Shown: positions 63,650-64,000 of the stretch, one piece after another
Position numbering within the stretch: the first letter of the stretch is position 1
Layout of the letters: every line of letters starts with the position of its first letter
Assembly (NCBI GenBank): GCA_032718475.1
Contig: JAUCBJ010000795.1
Coordinates: 24,110 to 88,109 of the forward strand
Reading direction: 5' to 3'
DNA: 64,000 bases
Source of the DNA: Nemertoderma westbladi
Taxonomy: Eukaryota > Animalia > Xenacoelomorpha
Made by a program: the position numbers and the translations under genes
The notes under the pieces: generated by a model
Database searches by the model: none
What the model was told of the DNA's origin: nothing
Seen by the model: only the letters and a program-made list of their open reading frames with translations

Positions 63650-64000
63650 TTTTGGGGAGAATATAGTGTTTGGGGGGATGAAAAATTGTATTTTGGGGGT
63701 AGAATTGATTTTGGGGGTAGAATCTTGTTTTGGGGGTGAAGATAACGATTTTTGGGGAATTAATAATGTTTTTGGGGGAGATGATCGTTTTTGGGGGATG
63801 AATAATGTTTTTGGGGGATGAATAATGTTTTTTGGGGAATCATAATTGTTTTTGGGGGATGAATTTGTTTTTGGGGTTGAAATTGTTTTTGGGGGATGAA
63901 TAATTGTGTTTGGGGGTTATTATTTGTTTTTGGGGGTGTATGTTTTGGGTGAGGGGATATTCAAATTGGGGGATGCGATTGGTGCTACCAAATTATAGTT
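63650..64000. repeat. Second copy of the G-rich ~21-bp minisatellite element
   Basis: Same units and same downstream gggatattcaaattgggggatgcgattggtgctac as at 53865-54130. Confidence 0.8.

Overview
AT-rich eukaryotic, probably invertebrate, DNA made almost entirely of mobile elements. It holds a CR1-type LINE 5' half (ORF1 plus a PHD-led ORF2 running off the left edge), a decayed L2 LINE, and many copies of two RTE families with (TAG)n tails. There is a full-length Gypsy/Mag LTR element (13598-18956), an intact BEL/Pao LTR element (39940-46441), a degenerate Penelope-like element (~60.6-61.8 kb), MITEs and a 38-bp satellite. A ~23-kb patchwork tandem duplication spans 6.7-30.1 kb. Two small candidate host genes are present: a single-pass membrane protein and a frameshifted GPI-anchored Cys-rich protein. 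The most interesting signal is a ~250-nt non-coding element inserted twice (1898-2281 and 61810-62406), each time with a 14-bp TSD and an inverted, Penelope-like structure. In it a minimal type I hammerhead ribozyme motif sits inside a tRNA-like A-box/B-box region, at the tip of a long hairpin. All calls come from reading the sequence by eye; no searches or folding programs were run.
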